Of a DNA stretch of 64,000 bases, positions 47,495 to 56,822 are shown in pieces. Made by a program: the position numbers and the translations under genes. Origin of the DNA: an uncultured bacterium (GTDB lineage: Bacteria; Patescibacteriota; Minisyncoccia; Phycocordibacterales; UBA5272). Every line of letters begins with the position of its first letter. Position 1 is the stretch's first letter. The notes under the pieces are model-generated. The model had not been told where the DNA came from. It was given only the letters and a program-made list of their open reading frames with translations, and made no database searches. Location of the stretch: the NCBI GenBank assembly GCA_903875555.1, contig CAIQWN010000045.1, positions 1,535-65,534 of the forward strand, in the 5' to 3' direction.

Positions 47495-48220
47495 ATGAGC
47501 ACAGAAATATTAAATAAAATAAAAGACTCATTTATAAAAGCTTCTCCGGAAATAAGGGGAGTAATTTTGAGTGATGATTTAAATAATGTTGCCAAAGAAC
47601 TTGGTGAAAAATATAAAATTGGAATAAATCTTTATGTTGATCTAAAAAATATCACCATACTTGCATTGCTTGGAGAAATAAAAATGGAGGATCTTGCAAA
47701 TGAAATTAAAACAAAAATTGAAGTTGATGATAAAACAGCCGATGAAATAATTAAATACTTAGATCAAACTATTTTTGAAAAAGCTCGTATCTCTGTTGGG
47801 ACAAGTGAAGCAAAGCCAGAAACAAAACCCGTTGTTATTAAAGAAATAAAAATTGTAAATGATCCAATAAAAGCAAAACTACGCGAGCAATTAATGAATC
47901 ATCCTTTACCAAAAAATGAAAACACTGGAAAGAAAACAACTGGGGACGGCAATAGAGAGCATTTACTAGAAAAATTAAAAACTCTTTCAGAAATACCAAG
48001 CGACGAAAACATTGCTTCTAGATTAGAAAAAATTAGAGAACAAATAAAAACAATAAATTCTGAAACAAAAAAAACTGACTCTCCAGAATTAAAAGAGGAA
48101 GCTGTTGTTATGTTAGAAAAAGAAAGTGGAAGTGCTGTTGAAAATAAAATAAAAACTGCTCCATATAGTAAGCCACCAATTTCTTACAATATAGACCCCT
48201 ATAGAGAAGTTACTGAATAA
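47495..48220 (+). CDS. Hypothetical protein with C-terminal DPYRE motif
   Basis: 241 aa ending YNIDPYREVTE; directly follows the VirB6-like gene. Confidence 0.7.
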   Translation: MSTEILNKIKDSFIKASPEIRGVILSDDLNNVAKELGEKYKIGINLYVDLKNITILALLGEIKMEDLANEIKTKIEVDDKTADEIIKYLDQTIFEKARISVGTSEAKPETKPVVIKEIKIVNDPIKAKLREQLMNHPLPKNENTGKKTTGDGNREHLLEKLKTLSEIPSDENIASRLEKIREQIKTINSETKKTDSPELKEEAVVMLEKESGSAVENKIKTAPYSKPPISYNIDPYREVTE

Positions 48221-48325
48221 TATTTGACATTTCTATAAAAAATAGTAGTATAACGATTGGGCTTTAAATTTTAAAGACTGCTTTTTCAAATAACCCAGAT
48301 GTAAAACCAAACCGAGGGGGGTGAC

Positions 48326-49066
48326 ATGCCGAAAGACAATGTTATACCTCTCTTTGGGAGAGGTAAACCACAAGTACGTTCGACAAACAATAGAGATGAA
48401 CAAATAACTACAGCGTTAAGCAATCAACGATCTTTTAATTCTCTTGACGCTGCGTTTAGAATAGTAACCTCGAGCTCGTCACGATTAGATCTGGACGAGA
48501 CTGGACTTGGTACTGTAAAAATACTAAGCGAATCCACACTCGGGAAAATTCTTGATTTTTCATCAGAAAGGAGTAGGTTTGCTATTTTATGCGAACTTTG
48601 GAGTTTAAAAGAGTTCTTTACGATAGACGAGTCCAACAAACTTCTTGACTGTTTAAAAAGCAATGTACAACCAGACGAGAAGTTGACCAAAAAGTTTTTC
48701 GATAGTGATGTTTTTGCACAACTCTTGTGGTTAATGAAAAAACCAGGGTCTCATTTTCCTGTGGAGCGTTGTATTTCTGCAAACGAGATGAGAATTGATG
48801 TTTGCGACAAATTTGAAATAGCTTGTTACCAAACAACTCTTTATTACGAAAGAATGAACGGAGGAGTTAAAAACCCTGAAGATTTGTTTGTTAGCTCCTT
48901 GCTAGACTGGAACATTAAAAAAAGAATTCTTGCTGGCTTGGAACACAGTAGCTCTCCATTCATAGACGAAAAAACGTACCCTTCAGTGCAGTCTCAACTA
49001 AAAAACAACAAGGATGTGGTGCTGTCAGTAAGAAGCAACTACTTTATTGTTACAAAGAAACCCTGA
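48326..49066 (+). CDS. Hypothetical protein with its own promoter, SD and terminator
   Basis: TTGACA at 48224, GAGGGGG SD, hairpin near 49068-49092. Confidence 0.7.
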   Translation: MPKDNVIPLFGRGKPQVRSTNNRDEQITTALSNQRSFNSLDAAFRIVTSSSSRLDLDETGLGTVKILSESTLGKILDFSSERSRFAILCELWSLKEFFTIDESNKLLDCLKSNVQPDEKLTKKFFDSDVFAQLLWLMKKPGSHFPVERCISANEMRIDVCDKFEIACYQTTLYYERMNGGVKNPEDLFVSSLLDWNIKKRILAGLEHSSSPFIDEKTYPSVQSQLKNNKDVVLSVRSNYFIVTKKP

Positions 49067-49149
49067 CCGCCACCTGAATACCACAGGTGGCGATATTTTT
49101 ATGTGAACTCTCCACTTTCTAAGACTCTCTTTCTTGTTATACTATAATA

Positions 49150-49587
49150 ATGCAATTTAGGGTTCCACAATTCATTGATGTTGAAGATAAAATAATCGGC
49201 CCACTTACATTAAAACAGTTTGCTTATATTTTAGGTGCTGGTGGTTTTGCTTTTATTATTTGGACTTTTATAAGCATAAAAATTCTAGCGGTTATACTTA
49301 TAATTCCTCTTTCTGGATTATTTTTGTCGTTTGCTTTTCTAAAAGTAAACGGTAGGCCATCTATAGATGTTTTGGAACATGCTTTTAAATATTTTACTAA
49401 TGCTAAAATTTATACATGGAAACAACCAATACCAGAAACAAGAATAAAACAACCTGTTTCTCATTCAGAAAAAGCTGTTGCTGATATATCAAGAGAACTA
49501 TTAACAAAAAAAGTTGATTCTAACAAACTACACGATATATCATTTGGTCTTGATGTGTTAGACCGTAACCCACAAGAAAAAGAATAG
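49150..49587 (+). CDS. PrgI family (VirB3-like) protein
   Basis: MQFRVPQFIDVEDKIIGPLTLKQF, two TM segments, NGRP. Confidence 0.88.
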   Translation: MQFRVPQFIDVEDKIIGPLTLKQFAYILGAGGFAFIIWTFISIKILAVILIIPLSGLFLSFAFLKVNGRPSIDVLEHAFKYFTNAKIYTWKQPIPETRIKQPVSHSEKAVADISRELLTKKVDSNKLHDISFGLDVLDRNPQEKE

Positions 49588-50086
49588 ACCGACTCCCTCT
49601 GTCATCCCTGCGAAGGCCGTCCACAGGTATCGACTCCTAATCAGTCGATCAGGGATCTGGTGTATTTTTGAACTATAAATCAAAATATAAATCTCTCCAT
49701 TGTAAATTTGTCTTTTCAATTAATTTTACTTTCCATTCTCTTTTCCATGCTTTAAGTTGTTTTTCTTTTTTAATAGCACTTTCAATATTTTCTGTTTGTT
49801 CATACCAAACTAAATTAGTTATGTTGTATTCTTTTGTAAAACCTTCAACTACTTTTTCTTTGTGTTCATAAACCCTTCTTTTTAAATCATTGGTAACACC
49901 CACATATAAAGTTCCGTATCTTTTACTAGCTAAAATATATACACAGCATTGTTTCATTTTTATATTGTAACAAAATAATAAACACTGGATCCCTGCCTTC
50001 GCAGGAATGACAAAAAGAAAAGCAGGGATAACACCCAGAGATTCCAGTAAAACACTTACGACATTCAATTCACAAGAAAAAGAATA
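49571..50086. mobile_element. Candidate REP-flanked GIY-YIG element with a 16-bp flanking direct repeat
   Basis: CACAAGAAAAAGAATA at 49571-49586 and 50071-50086; inverted family A palindromes at 49600-49663 and 49982-50012. Confidence 0.7.
49673..49957 (-). CDS. Small GIY-YIG nuclease family protein
   Basis: VYILAS, TLYVGVTNDLKRRVYEHK, LVWYE, AIKKEKQLKAWKREWK; 94 aa from ATG 49957. Confidence 0.93.
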   Translation of the reverse strand: MKQCCVYILASKRYGTLYVGVTNDLKRRVYEHKEKVVEGFTKEYNITNLVWYEQTENIESAIKKEKQLKAWKREWKVKLIEKTNLQWRDLYFDL

Positions 50087-50126
50087 AATGAAAAGTTTTT
50101 AAAATTAAATAGGATATAATAAAGGT

Positions 50127-50768
50127 ATGAATCCTTCATCAGCAACACAACAATTTGTTCCAATAGAAAAAATTCGTGACGGTATAATTACTTTAAAAAA
50201 TGGAGAGTTGCGTGCTATCCTTATGACCAATTCACTTAACCTGTCTTTAAAAGGTCAAGACGAGCAACTGGCGATACTTTCTCAATTTCAAAATTTCTTT
50301 AACTCACTAGAGTTTCCTGTTCAATTATTTATTCAATCAAGAAGATTAAATATTAAACCTTATATAACATTACTTGAAGAAAGAGAAAAAGAGGTTCGTG
50401 AAGATTTAATTAAATTACAAATCAGAGAGTATAATAAATTTATAAAATCATTCACGGACAACGCAAATATTATGACAAAACATTTTTTTGTTACTGTTCC
50501 ATATTTAGCACCAACAACTAGTGGCGGGGGAATGTTTCCTTTTGGAGATAAAAAAGATGTTATGTCTGAAGAAAACAGAAACTTTGAAACAGCTAGAATG
50601 CAACTAGAACAAAGACTTTCTGTTGTATCACAAGGTCTTTCACGTTTTGGTGTTCGTTCACAAAAATTAAACACTGAAGAGGTGGTAGAATTATTTTATA
50701 AAATATTTAATCCAAGCGAACAAGATCACTCGGCTCCTAAATTAACTAAGGAAATGATGGAAAAATAA
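50127..50768 (+). CDS. T4SS-associated protein resembling a separate VirB4 N-terminal domain
   Basis: FQNFFNSLEFPVQLFIQSR; lies between PrgI and VirB4. Confidence 0.7.
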   Translation: MNPSSATQQFVPIEKIRDGIITLKNGELRAILMTNSLNLSLKGQDEQLAILSQFQNFFNSLEFPVQLFIQSRRLNIKPYITLLEEREKEVREDLIKLQIREYNKFIKSFTDNANIMTKHFFVTVPYLAPTTSGGGMFPFGDKKDVMSEENRNFETARMQLEQRLSVVSQGLSRFGVRSQKLNTEEVVELFYKIFNPSEQDHSAPKLTKEMMEK

Positions 50769-50772
50769 ACAT

Positions 50773-52593
50773 ATGGGATTATTAGATTTTTTAAATACAA
50801 CAAAAAAAGAAAGTAGTATCAGGCCAATTCTTCCAGAACAGGTTTATCAAATGGCGGAAATGCAACTGAAAGACATAATCGCCCCTTCAGCTCTTGGTGT
50901 TACCCCAAAGTTACTCAACCTAGGAACAACAGTGGTTCGTAATTATTTTGTTATTTCTTATCCTCATTATTTAACAGATAACTGGTTAAGCCCAATCATT
51001 AACCTCGATAAAGTTTTTGATATTGCTATACATGTTATACCTCTCGACACAGGTAAGGTTATGCGTGAATTCCAAAGAAAAGTTGCTGAGGTGGAAAGTC
51101 AAATAATGCAAAGAGAAGAAAAAGGACTTGTTCGTGATCCACAACTTGATATTGCTTATAAAGACCTCGAAGATTTACGTGATGGACTTACTCAAGCTCA
51201 GGAAAAAATGTTTGATGTGTCTCTTTATATTTCTATTTATGGAGCAGATGAAAATGAAGTAGAAAAAGTAGAAAACGAAATAAAAACAATACTAGAAAGT
51301 GGTATGGTTTATGTAAAACCTGCACTCTTCCAACAAGAAGCTGGTTTCCTTAGTACTATCCCTCTAGGAAATGATATCTTGCAAATAAAAAATAAAATAA
51401 ACACGTCTCCTCTTTCTTCTTTCTTTCCTTTCGTTTCTTTCGATCTCTCTTCCGATAGTGGAATTCTCTATGGTATAAATCGTCACAACGGATCGCTTGT
51501 TTTATTTGATAGATTTTCACTAGAAAACTACAATTCTATTATTTTTGCTAAATCAGGTTCTGGTAAAAGTTATTCTACTAAACTCGAAATACTAAGAACT
51601 TTAATGTTCGACACCGAAGTAATTATTATAGACCCAGAAAAAGAATATGAGTATCTAGCGGAATCAGTAGGGGGAAGATATTTTAATATTTCGTTGACGT
51701 CGGATCACCACATCAATCCATTTGATCTACCTGCACCAAATGAGGATGAGTCTCATTCTGAAGTATTACGATCAAACATCATCGGTCTCGTTGGTTTGTT
51801 TCGTGTGATGCTTGGAGGATTAACACCGGAAGAAGACGCAATCATTGATCAAGCTTTAACTGAAACCTATGCTCTAAAAGACATCACAGGAGACACTGAC
51901 TTTACAAAACTCGACCCACCACTACTTTCGGATTTCGAAATGGTTTTGGGTGGAATAGATGGATCAGAAAACATTCTTTCTCGTCTTGCAAAATACACAA
52001 AAGGAACGTGGTCTGGTTTCATTAATCAAGCATCTAATGTTGATATAAACAAAAAATTAGTTTGTTTTTCTATTCGTGACATGGAAGACGAACTTAAGCC
52101 TGTGGCGATGTATTTAATTACACATTATATTTGGAACGCTGTTAGAAAAAACATTAAAAAGAGATTACTCGTGGTGGATGAAGCTTGGATTATGATGAAA
52201 AATGAAGACACTGCTTCTTTCCTATTCGGACTTGCTAAGCGTGGAAGAAAATATTTCTTAGGGCTTGCCACAATTACTCAAGACGTTGGCGACTTCCTTC
52301 GTTCTCCATATGGTTTACCAATTATCACCAACTCTTCTATACAAATCTTATTAAAACAATCTCCTTCTTCTATCGACGTGGTTCAAAAAACTTTCGGACT
52401 AACAGACGAAGAAAAATATTTACTTCTAGAGTCGAACGTCGGGGAGGGAATATTCTTTGCTGGACTTAAACACGTTGCTATAAAAATTATTGCCTCTTAC
52501 ACAGAAGATCAAATTATCACTTCTGACCCTTCACAATTACTCAAAATTAAAAAAGAAAAAGATGAACTTAGTAATATAGAAACAACAAAATGA
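50773..52593 (+). CDS. virB4: VirB4/TraE-like ATPase
   Basis: Walker A AKSGSGKS, IIDPEKEY, INPFD, Walker B VVDEAW, RGRKY, TITQD. Confidence 0.9.
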   Translation: MGLLDFLNTTKKESSIRPILPEQVYQMAEMQLKDIIAPSALGVTPKLLNLGTTVVRNYFVISYPHYLTDNWLSPIINLDKVFDIAIHVIPLDTGKVMREFQRKVAEVESQIMQREEKGLVRDPQLDIAYKDLEDLRDGLTQAQEKMFDVSLYISIYGADENEVEKVENEIKTILESGMVYVKPALFQQEAGFLSTIPLGNDILQIKNKINTSPLSSFFPFVSFDLSSDSGILYGINRHNGSLVLFDRFSLENYNSIIFAKSGSGKSYSTKLEILRTLMFDTEVIIIDPEKEYEYLAESVGGRYFNISLTSDHHINPFDLPAPNEDESHSEVLRSNIIGLVGLFRVMLGGLTPEEDAIIDQALTETYALKDITGDTDFTKLDPPLLSDFEMVLGGIDGSENILSRLAKYTKGTWSGFINQASNVDINKKLVCFSIRDMEDELKPVAMYLITHYIWNAVRKNIKKRLLVVDEAWIMMKNEDTASFLFGLAKRGRKYFLGLATITQDVGDFLRSPYGLPIITNSSIQILLKQSPSSIDVVQKTFGLTDEEKYLLLESNVGEGIFFAGLKHVAIKIIASYTEDQIITSDPSQLLKIKKEKDELSNIETTK

Positions 52594-53570
52594 TTAAACC
52601 AACTGGTAAAAAAATAATATTCTCACTTTTTATTTTTATATTTTTAAATAGTTTCTCTTTTGCTCAGTTAACTGACACAATTGAAGTGTCTCCAGAAAAC
52701 CCCGGAGCTTTTCAAGATGTTACTCTCACTATTAGATCTTATGCTTTTGATGTTGATACTGTCTCTATAACTTGGGACATTAATAATAAAGTTGTTTTAA
52801 GTGGTGTTGGTGAAAAAAAATTATTAACAAAAACTGGTGGTGTTGGATTACAAAAAATAGTCCATGTTATAGCAATGAAGGGCAGTCAAAAAGTTTTTGA
52901 TCAAGTAATTTCACTAAACCCTCAATCTGTCGATTTAATCTGGGAATCAAAAGAAAGTTATGTTCCTCCTTTTTATGAGGGTAAGGCTCTGCCAGGGGAA
53001 AGCTCTCTCGTTTCTGTTGTGGCACTACCAAACTTTATTTATAATGGAAAAACAGTAGATCCAAAAACTATTTCTTATGCTTGGTATTTAAACGATGAAA
53101 TAATAAAAGACGCTAGTGGTTTTAATAAGCAGAATTTAATAATGAATCTTGATTATCTTTCAGAAAAAAATATAATCAGGGTTGCGGCACGTGACCAAAA
53201 CGGAAACATTGCTGAAAAAGAAATTGTTATTGCCCCAGAACAAATAGACCCTGTTTTTTATTTAAACGATCCACTTTTTGGAATAGATTTAAATAGGGCA
53301 ATACAAGACAGATTTGAAACAAATAAAGAATTTACTTTAAACTTTGTACCATATTATTTATCAACAAAAAATATTCCTGATGACCAAATAAAATCTTCTT
53401 GGTCTCTAGACGGGCTTCCTTTAACAAACATAAAAAATAATTCTATTTCTTTAAAACCATTAGCCGACAGTTACGGTTCAAAAGTTTTAAGAATAAACAT
53501 AGAAAACACAAGTAGAATATTGCAAGAAATAAAAACTAGTTTGGAAATAATTTTTGACACAAGAAAATAA
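52590..53570 (+). CDS. Secreted beta-rich (Ig-like) hypothetical protein
   Basis: Signal peptide; SYVPPFYEGKALP; repeated W-x-L/I-N/D strands. Confidence 0.7.
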   Translation: MIKPTGKKIIFSLFIFIFLNSFSFAQLTDTIEVSPENPGAFQDVTLTIRSYAFDVDTVSITWDINNKVVLSGVGEKKLLTKTGGVGLQKIVHVIAMKGSQKVFDQVISLNPQSVDLIWESKESYVPPFYEGKALPGESSLVSVVALPNFIYNGKTVDPKTISYAWYLNDEIIKDASGFNKQNLIMNLDYLSEKNIIRVAARDQNGNIAEKEIVIAPEQIDPVFYLNDPLFGIDLNRAIQDRFETNKEFTLNFVPYYLSTKNIPDDQIKSSWSLDGLPLTNIKNNSISLKPLADSYGSKVLRINIENTSRILQEIKTSLEIIFDTRK

Positions 53571-53571
53571 C

Positions 53572-54438
53572 ATGAACACAACAGGATCAAAAGAAAAATA
53601 CACATTAATGGTGCCTGAGCTAAATCAGTTTCTTGGGACAGAAACAAATAAAACACCCCTTGGTTTCAACACCACCGACCTAAGCAATACCGGTTGGATG
53701 AATTTTTTAATTTGGATGCTTTATATATCTATTTTTATATTTGCAGCATACAGATCTGTTGTTGTCGCCGGACTATTTGTAACAGGTATCCCAGAGAAAA
53801 GAAAAGAGGGTAAAGAGGCCTTAAAAAAAGTTGTTCTCGGTGTTATCTTTGTGCTAGCTATGTCACCACTTCTTAATTGGTTAAGACCGTCAATGCAATT
53901 AAATACCTTAGTTTTTCCTGGAACAAAAATATTTTCTCCGCAAATATCTACGCAAACAAACCAAGACCAAACAATAATCACTGACCCTGGGACATCACCA
54001 ACAGTAGTTATTGGTGATACAACAAACAGACAAACACTCAAAAACGCCGGAATAAACATCAAAAAAGACAACTGTACTTTTGCTCAGTGGCAAGAACTAA
54101 AACCTTCCTGTACGAGCTTAGAGGAACTTCCACAAGAAACTGTGAACATGCTTATTGATTTAAAAAATAAATGTAAATGTAGCATACAAATAACAGGAGG
54201 AACAGAGCCAGGCCACTCAACACACGGAAGAAGCAGATACCCTGTTGATTTACACTACGACACAAATTCTGATTTAAATAAATATCTTACTGGGCCAGAC
54301 CTAAACAAAAACCCTTATTTAAGTTTTTGTTATAACACTTATGGTTCAGTCGACGGCTATGTTTTTTGTGATGAAAAATCAACAGACAGACACTGGCATG
54401 TTTGTAACTGGAATAAAAACAGCTGCACAAACGGTTAA
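53572..54438 (+). CDS. Pilin-like N-terminus fused to a putative M15-type zinc peptidase domain
   Basis: Two TM segments flanking EKRKEGKEALKK, then ITGGTEPGHSTH...VDL and HWH. Confidence 0.6.
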   Translation: MNTTGSKEKYTLMVPELNQFLGTETNKTPLGFNTTDLSNTGWMNFLIWMLYISIFIFAAYRSVVVAGLFVTGIPEKRKEGKEALKKVVLGVIFVLAMSPLLNWLRPSMQLNTLVFPGTKIFSPQISTQTNQDQTIITDPGTSPTVVIGDTTNRQTLKNAGINIKKDNCTFAQWQELKPSCTSLEELPQETVNMLIDLKNKCKCSIQITGGTEPGHSTHGRSRYPVDLHYDTNSDLNKYLTGPDLNKNPYLSFCYNTYGSVDGYVFCDEKSTDRHWHVCNWNKNSCTNG

Positions 54439-54459
54439 TCTCTCTGTTATACTTAATCT

Positions 54460-55779
54460 ATGGATGAAAACTTTCGTAAAAAAATAATTATCTTTTTTAT
54501 AGTAGCGGTAATTTTTGCTGTTTCTGTTTTAATTTATTTTTTCTTTATAAAAAAACCTACGGGTGTCCCTGTGTATACAGATAAAACAAAAACTGTTTTA
54601 AACAATGAAGGAAAAACCTATAAGAAACCACAGCAGGGAAACAACCAAGACGGGAACCAAAATAATTATACAGAAATACAGCAACCTGAGGAGAAAAAAC
54701 TTTCTAAAATCTGGGACAAACCAACGGCTGGTTTTTCTTTTGTTGATCAAACAATAATTACAACAGCAACGACCAGTAAAATAATTAAAGGAACTTCGAC
54801 TGTTGTTATTGTTCAAAATAAATCAACCTCTACAAAAATTTACTTTGTAGACAGCATGACTGGTTTTATTTACTCTTATGACCTTAAAAAGAAAAACATC
54901 TATCAGATAACAAACACAACCATTCCGTCTGTTCATGATGCTTATATTTTTAATAATGGTGGAGAGGTTTTAATGAGATATGCAGATGGGGATGTAATTA
55001 AATCATTAACTGCACAAATACCAACCGTTAGTGAAGGAAATTCACCTTTGTCTTTGGTTGATATTTCTTATTTACCAAACGATGTTTCTTCTGTTTCTAC
55101 AAATTTGTTTGATAAAAATCTAAGCTATGTTTTAACAAATAAAAACGGGAGTACTATCAAAACCATTTCAAACAAAACAACAAACGGTCTCTACTCTTCT
55201 TTGTTTTCTGGTTGGAATATTTCCTACGGGGGGAACACTGTTCATTTAACAACCAAACCCTCATCTTACATATCTGGAACAAGCTTAAACTTAAATTCAG
55301 GTGAAATTCTTCTAAGAGATAAAACTGGGCTAAACATTCTTCCTTCAAAAACAGATGAAAATATTTTTGGAAGCTTCTTTTCTAGTTTGGGTATAAAAGA
55401 TTTTATAATGTCTACAAAAACTGGTGATGTTTCATACCTGACTTTTCAAACGCTGTCAGAAAAATGTGAGTGGGGGATGAAGGATAGATTTATTTTGTGT
55501 GGTGTTCCACAACTAATAGAAAACAATAACGACGGCTTACCTGACGCGTGGTACAAAGGAAAAATGACTTTTAACGATAATCTTTATATTAAGAATCTTA
55601 AAGATTCAAAAGAAAGTGTGTTTTTTAGATTTGAATACGAGACCGATGAAAAAATAGATATGATTAAACTAAAACTAAACCAAACAGAAAATTATTTAGG
55701 TTTTATAAACAAAAAAGATAAAAACTTTTGGTTAATGAAAACAGACTATTTAACAACAGTTGACAGTGTTGTTGATTAA
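54460..55779 (+). CDS. Membrane-anchored hypothetical protein, possible beta-propeller
   Basis: N-terminal TM; TLSEKCEW, LPDAWYKG. Confidence 0.7.
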   Translation: MDENFRKKIIIFFIVAVIFAVSVLIYFFFIKKPTGVPVYTDKTKTVLNNEGKTYKKPQQGNNQDGNQNNYTEIQQPEEKKLSKIWDKPTAGFSFVDQTIITTATTSKIIKGTSTVVIVQNKSTSTKIYFVDSMTGFIYSYDLKKKNIYQITNTTIPSVHDAYIFNNGGEVLMRYADGDVIKSLTAQIPTVSEGNSPLSLVDISYLPNDVSSVSTNLFDKNLSYVLTNKNGSTIKTISNKTTNGLYSSLFSGWNISYGGNTVHLTTKPSSYISGTSLNLNSGEILLRDKTGLNILPSKTDENIFGSFFSSLGIKDFIMSTKTGDVSYLTFQTLSEKCEWGMKDRFILCGVPQLIENNNDGLPDAWYKGKMTFNDNLYIKNLKDSKESVFFRFEYETDEKIDMIKLKLNQTENYLGFINKKDKNFWLMKTDYLTTVDSVVD

Positions 55780-55782
55780 GAT

Positions 55783-56502
55783 TTATTTTTTCTCTTTTTT
55801 AATTCTATCTTTAATATAAACATCTTGTAAAAAAGAAAGAATGTTGTTTGTTGTCCAATAAAGACCTAGCGCCGCTGGTAAAACGTATGATGAAACACCA
55901 ATTATCACAGGCAAAACGTAAAGCATTTGGACTCGCATTGATTTCATAAAATGATCTTGAAAATTTTCTTCCTTGTTTTCTTTTTTGTTCGCCACCATAC
56001 TAGACGTCTGTCTTCTTGCAAGTATATAAGCTGTTATGCCGGTAGAGATCGCAATAAAAATATTCTTCTTTGTAACATCAAGAATACCGAAAGCTTGTGT
56101 GTGTAATATTTCTGGAAAAGAAACAAAAGAATAAATTGAACTACCGTCGAACTTCATTCCTTTTGAAAAAACAAAGTATAGGGCGATAAACACTGGTATT
56201 TGTATAAGCATAGCAATAAGCGATGACAGTGGATTTATTTTTTCTCTTTTATAAACCTCCACTAGTTTGCGAGAAAGTTCTTGCGGTTTGTCTTTGTGGT
56301 TATCCCTAATTACTTTTATTTCATCTTCAACAGCCTTCATCAAATGTTGTGTTCTTGTTGCTTTTAAATTAATAGGCAAAAGAATTGTTTTTACTGTGAC
56401 AGTAACCAAAACAATAGACGCCCCTATATCATGGAGGGGAACGATCTGTAAAAACAAAACTAATAGATTATAAACTGGTTCGTAAAAAATTATATGAAAC
56501 AT
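55783..56502 (-). CDS. yidC: Membrane protein insertase YidC (short form)
   Basis: YKREKINP, LIQIPVFIALY, LPAALGLYW; next to rnpA. Confidence 0.95.
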   Translation of the reverse strand: MFHIIFYEPVYNLLVLFLQIVPLHDIGASIVLVTVTVKTILLPINLKATRTQHLMKAVEDEIKVIRDNHKDKPQELSRKLVEVYKREKINPLSSLIAMLIQIPVFIALYFVFSKGMKFDGSSIYSFVSFPEILHTQAFGILDVTKKNIFIAISTGITAYILARRQTSSMVANKKENKEENFQDHFMKSMRVQMLYVLPVIIGVSSYVLPAALGLYWTTNNILSFLQDVYIKDRIKKEKK

Positions 56503-56504
56503 GA

Positions 56505-56819
56505 TTATTGTATTTTAACAGACATTTCTAAAATGTTTAACTTTAATTTTTCATAAGGCAAATACAAAACCTCTTTTTTTGGGTAAAAAATTATAAAACA
56601 AGAGTCTTTTAATTTTATTTCTCTGAAAATATTAAATATTTTTCTTTTGATTTTGTTTCTGTCTACCGCTCTTTTTGATATTTTTTTAGAAACAACAACA
56701 GCACACTTTGTTTTTGAAGACAAAAGATAGCCAATATCTAAATATTGACCTCTTAAGATTTTTTTATTTGAGATTGCGGAAAAATCCTTTTTAGAGAGCC
56801 TTTCCGATTTTTTTAACAT
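56505..56819 (-). CDS. rnpA: Ribonuclease P protein component
   Basis: VVSKKISKRAVDRNKIKR. Confidence 0.94.
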   Translation of the reverse strand: MLKKSERLSKKDFSAISNKKILRGQYLDIGYLLSSKTKCAVVVSKKISKRAVDRNKIKRKIFNIFREIKLKDSCFIIFYPKKEVLYLPYEKLKLNILEMSVKIQ

Positions 56820-56822
56820 AAA

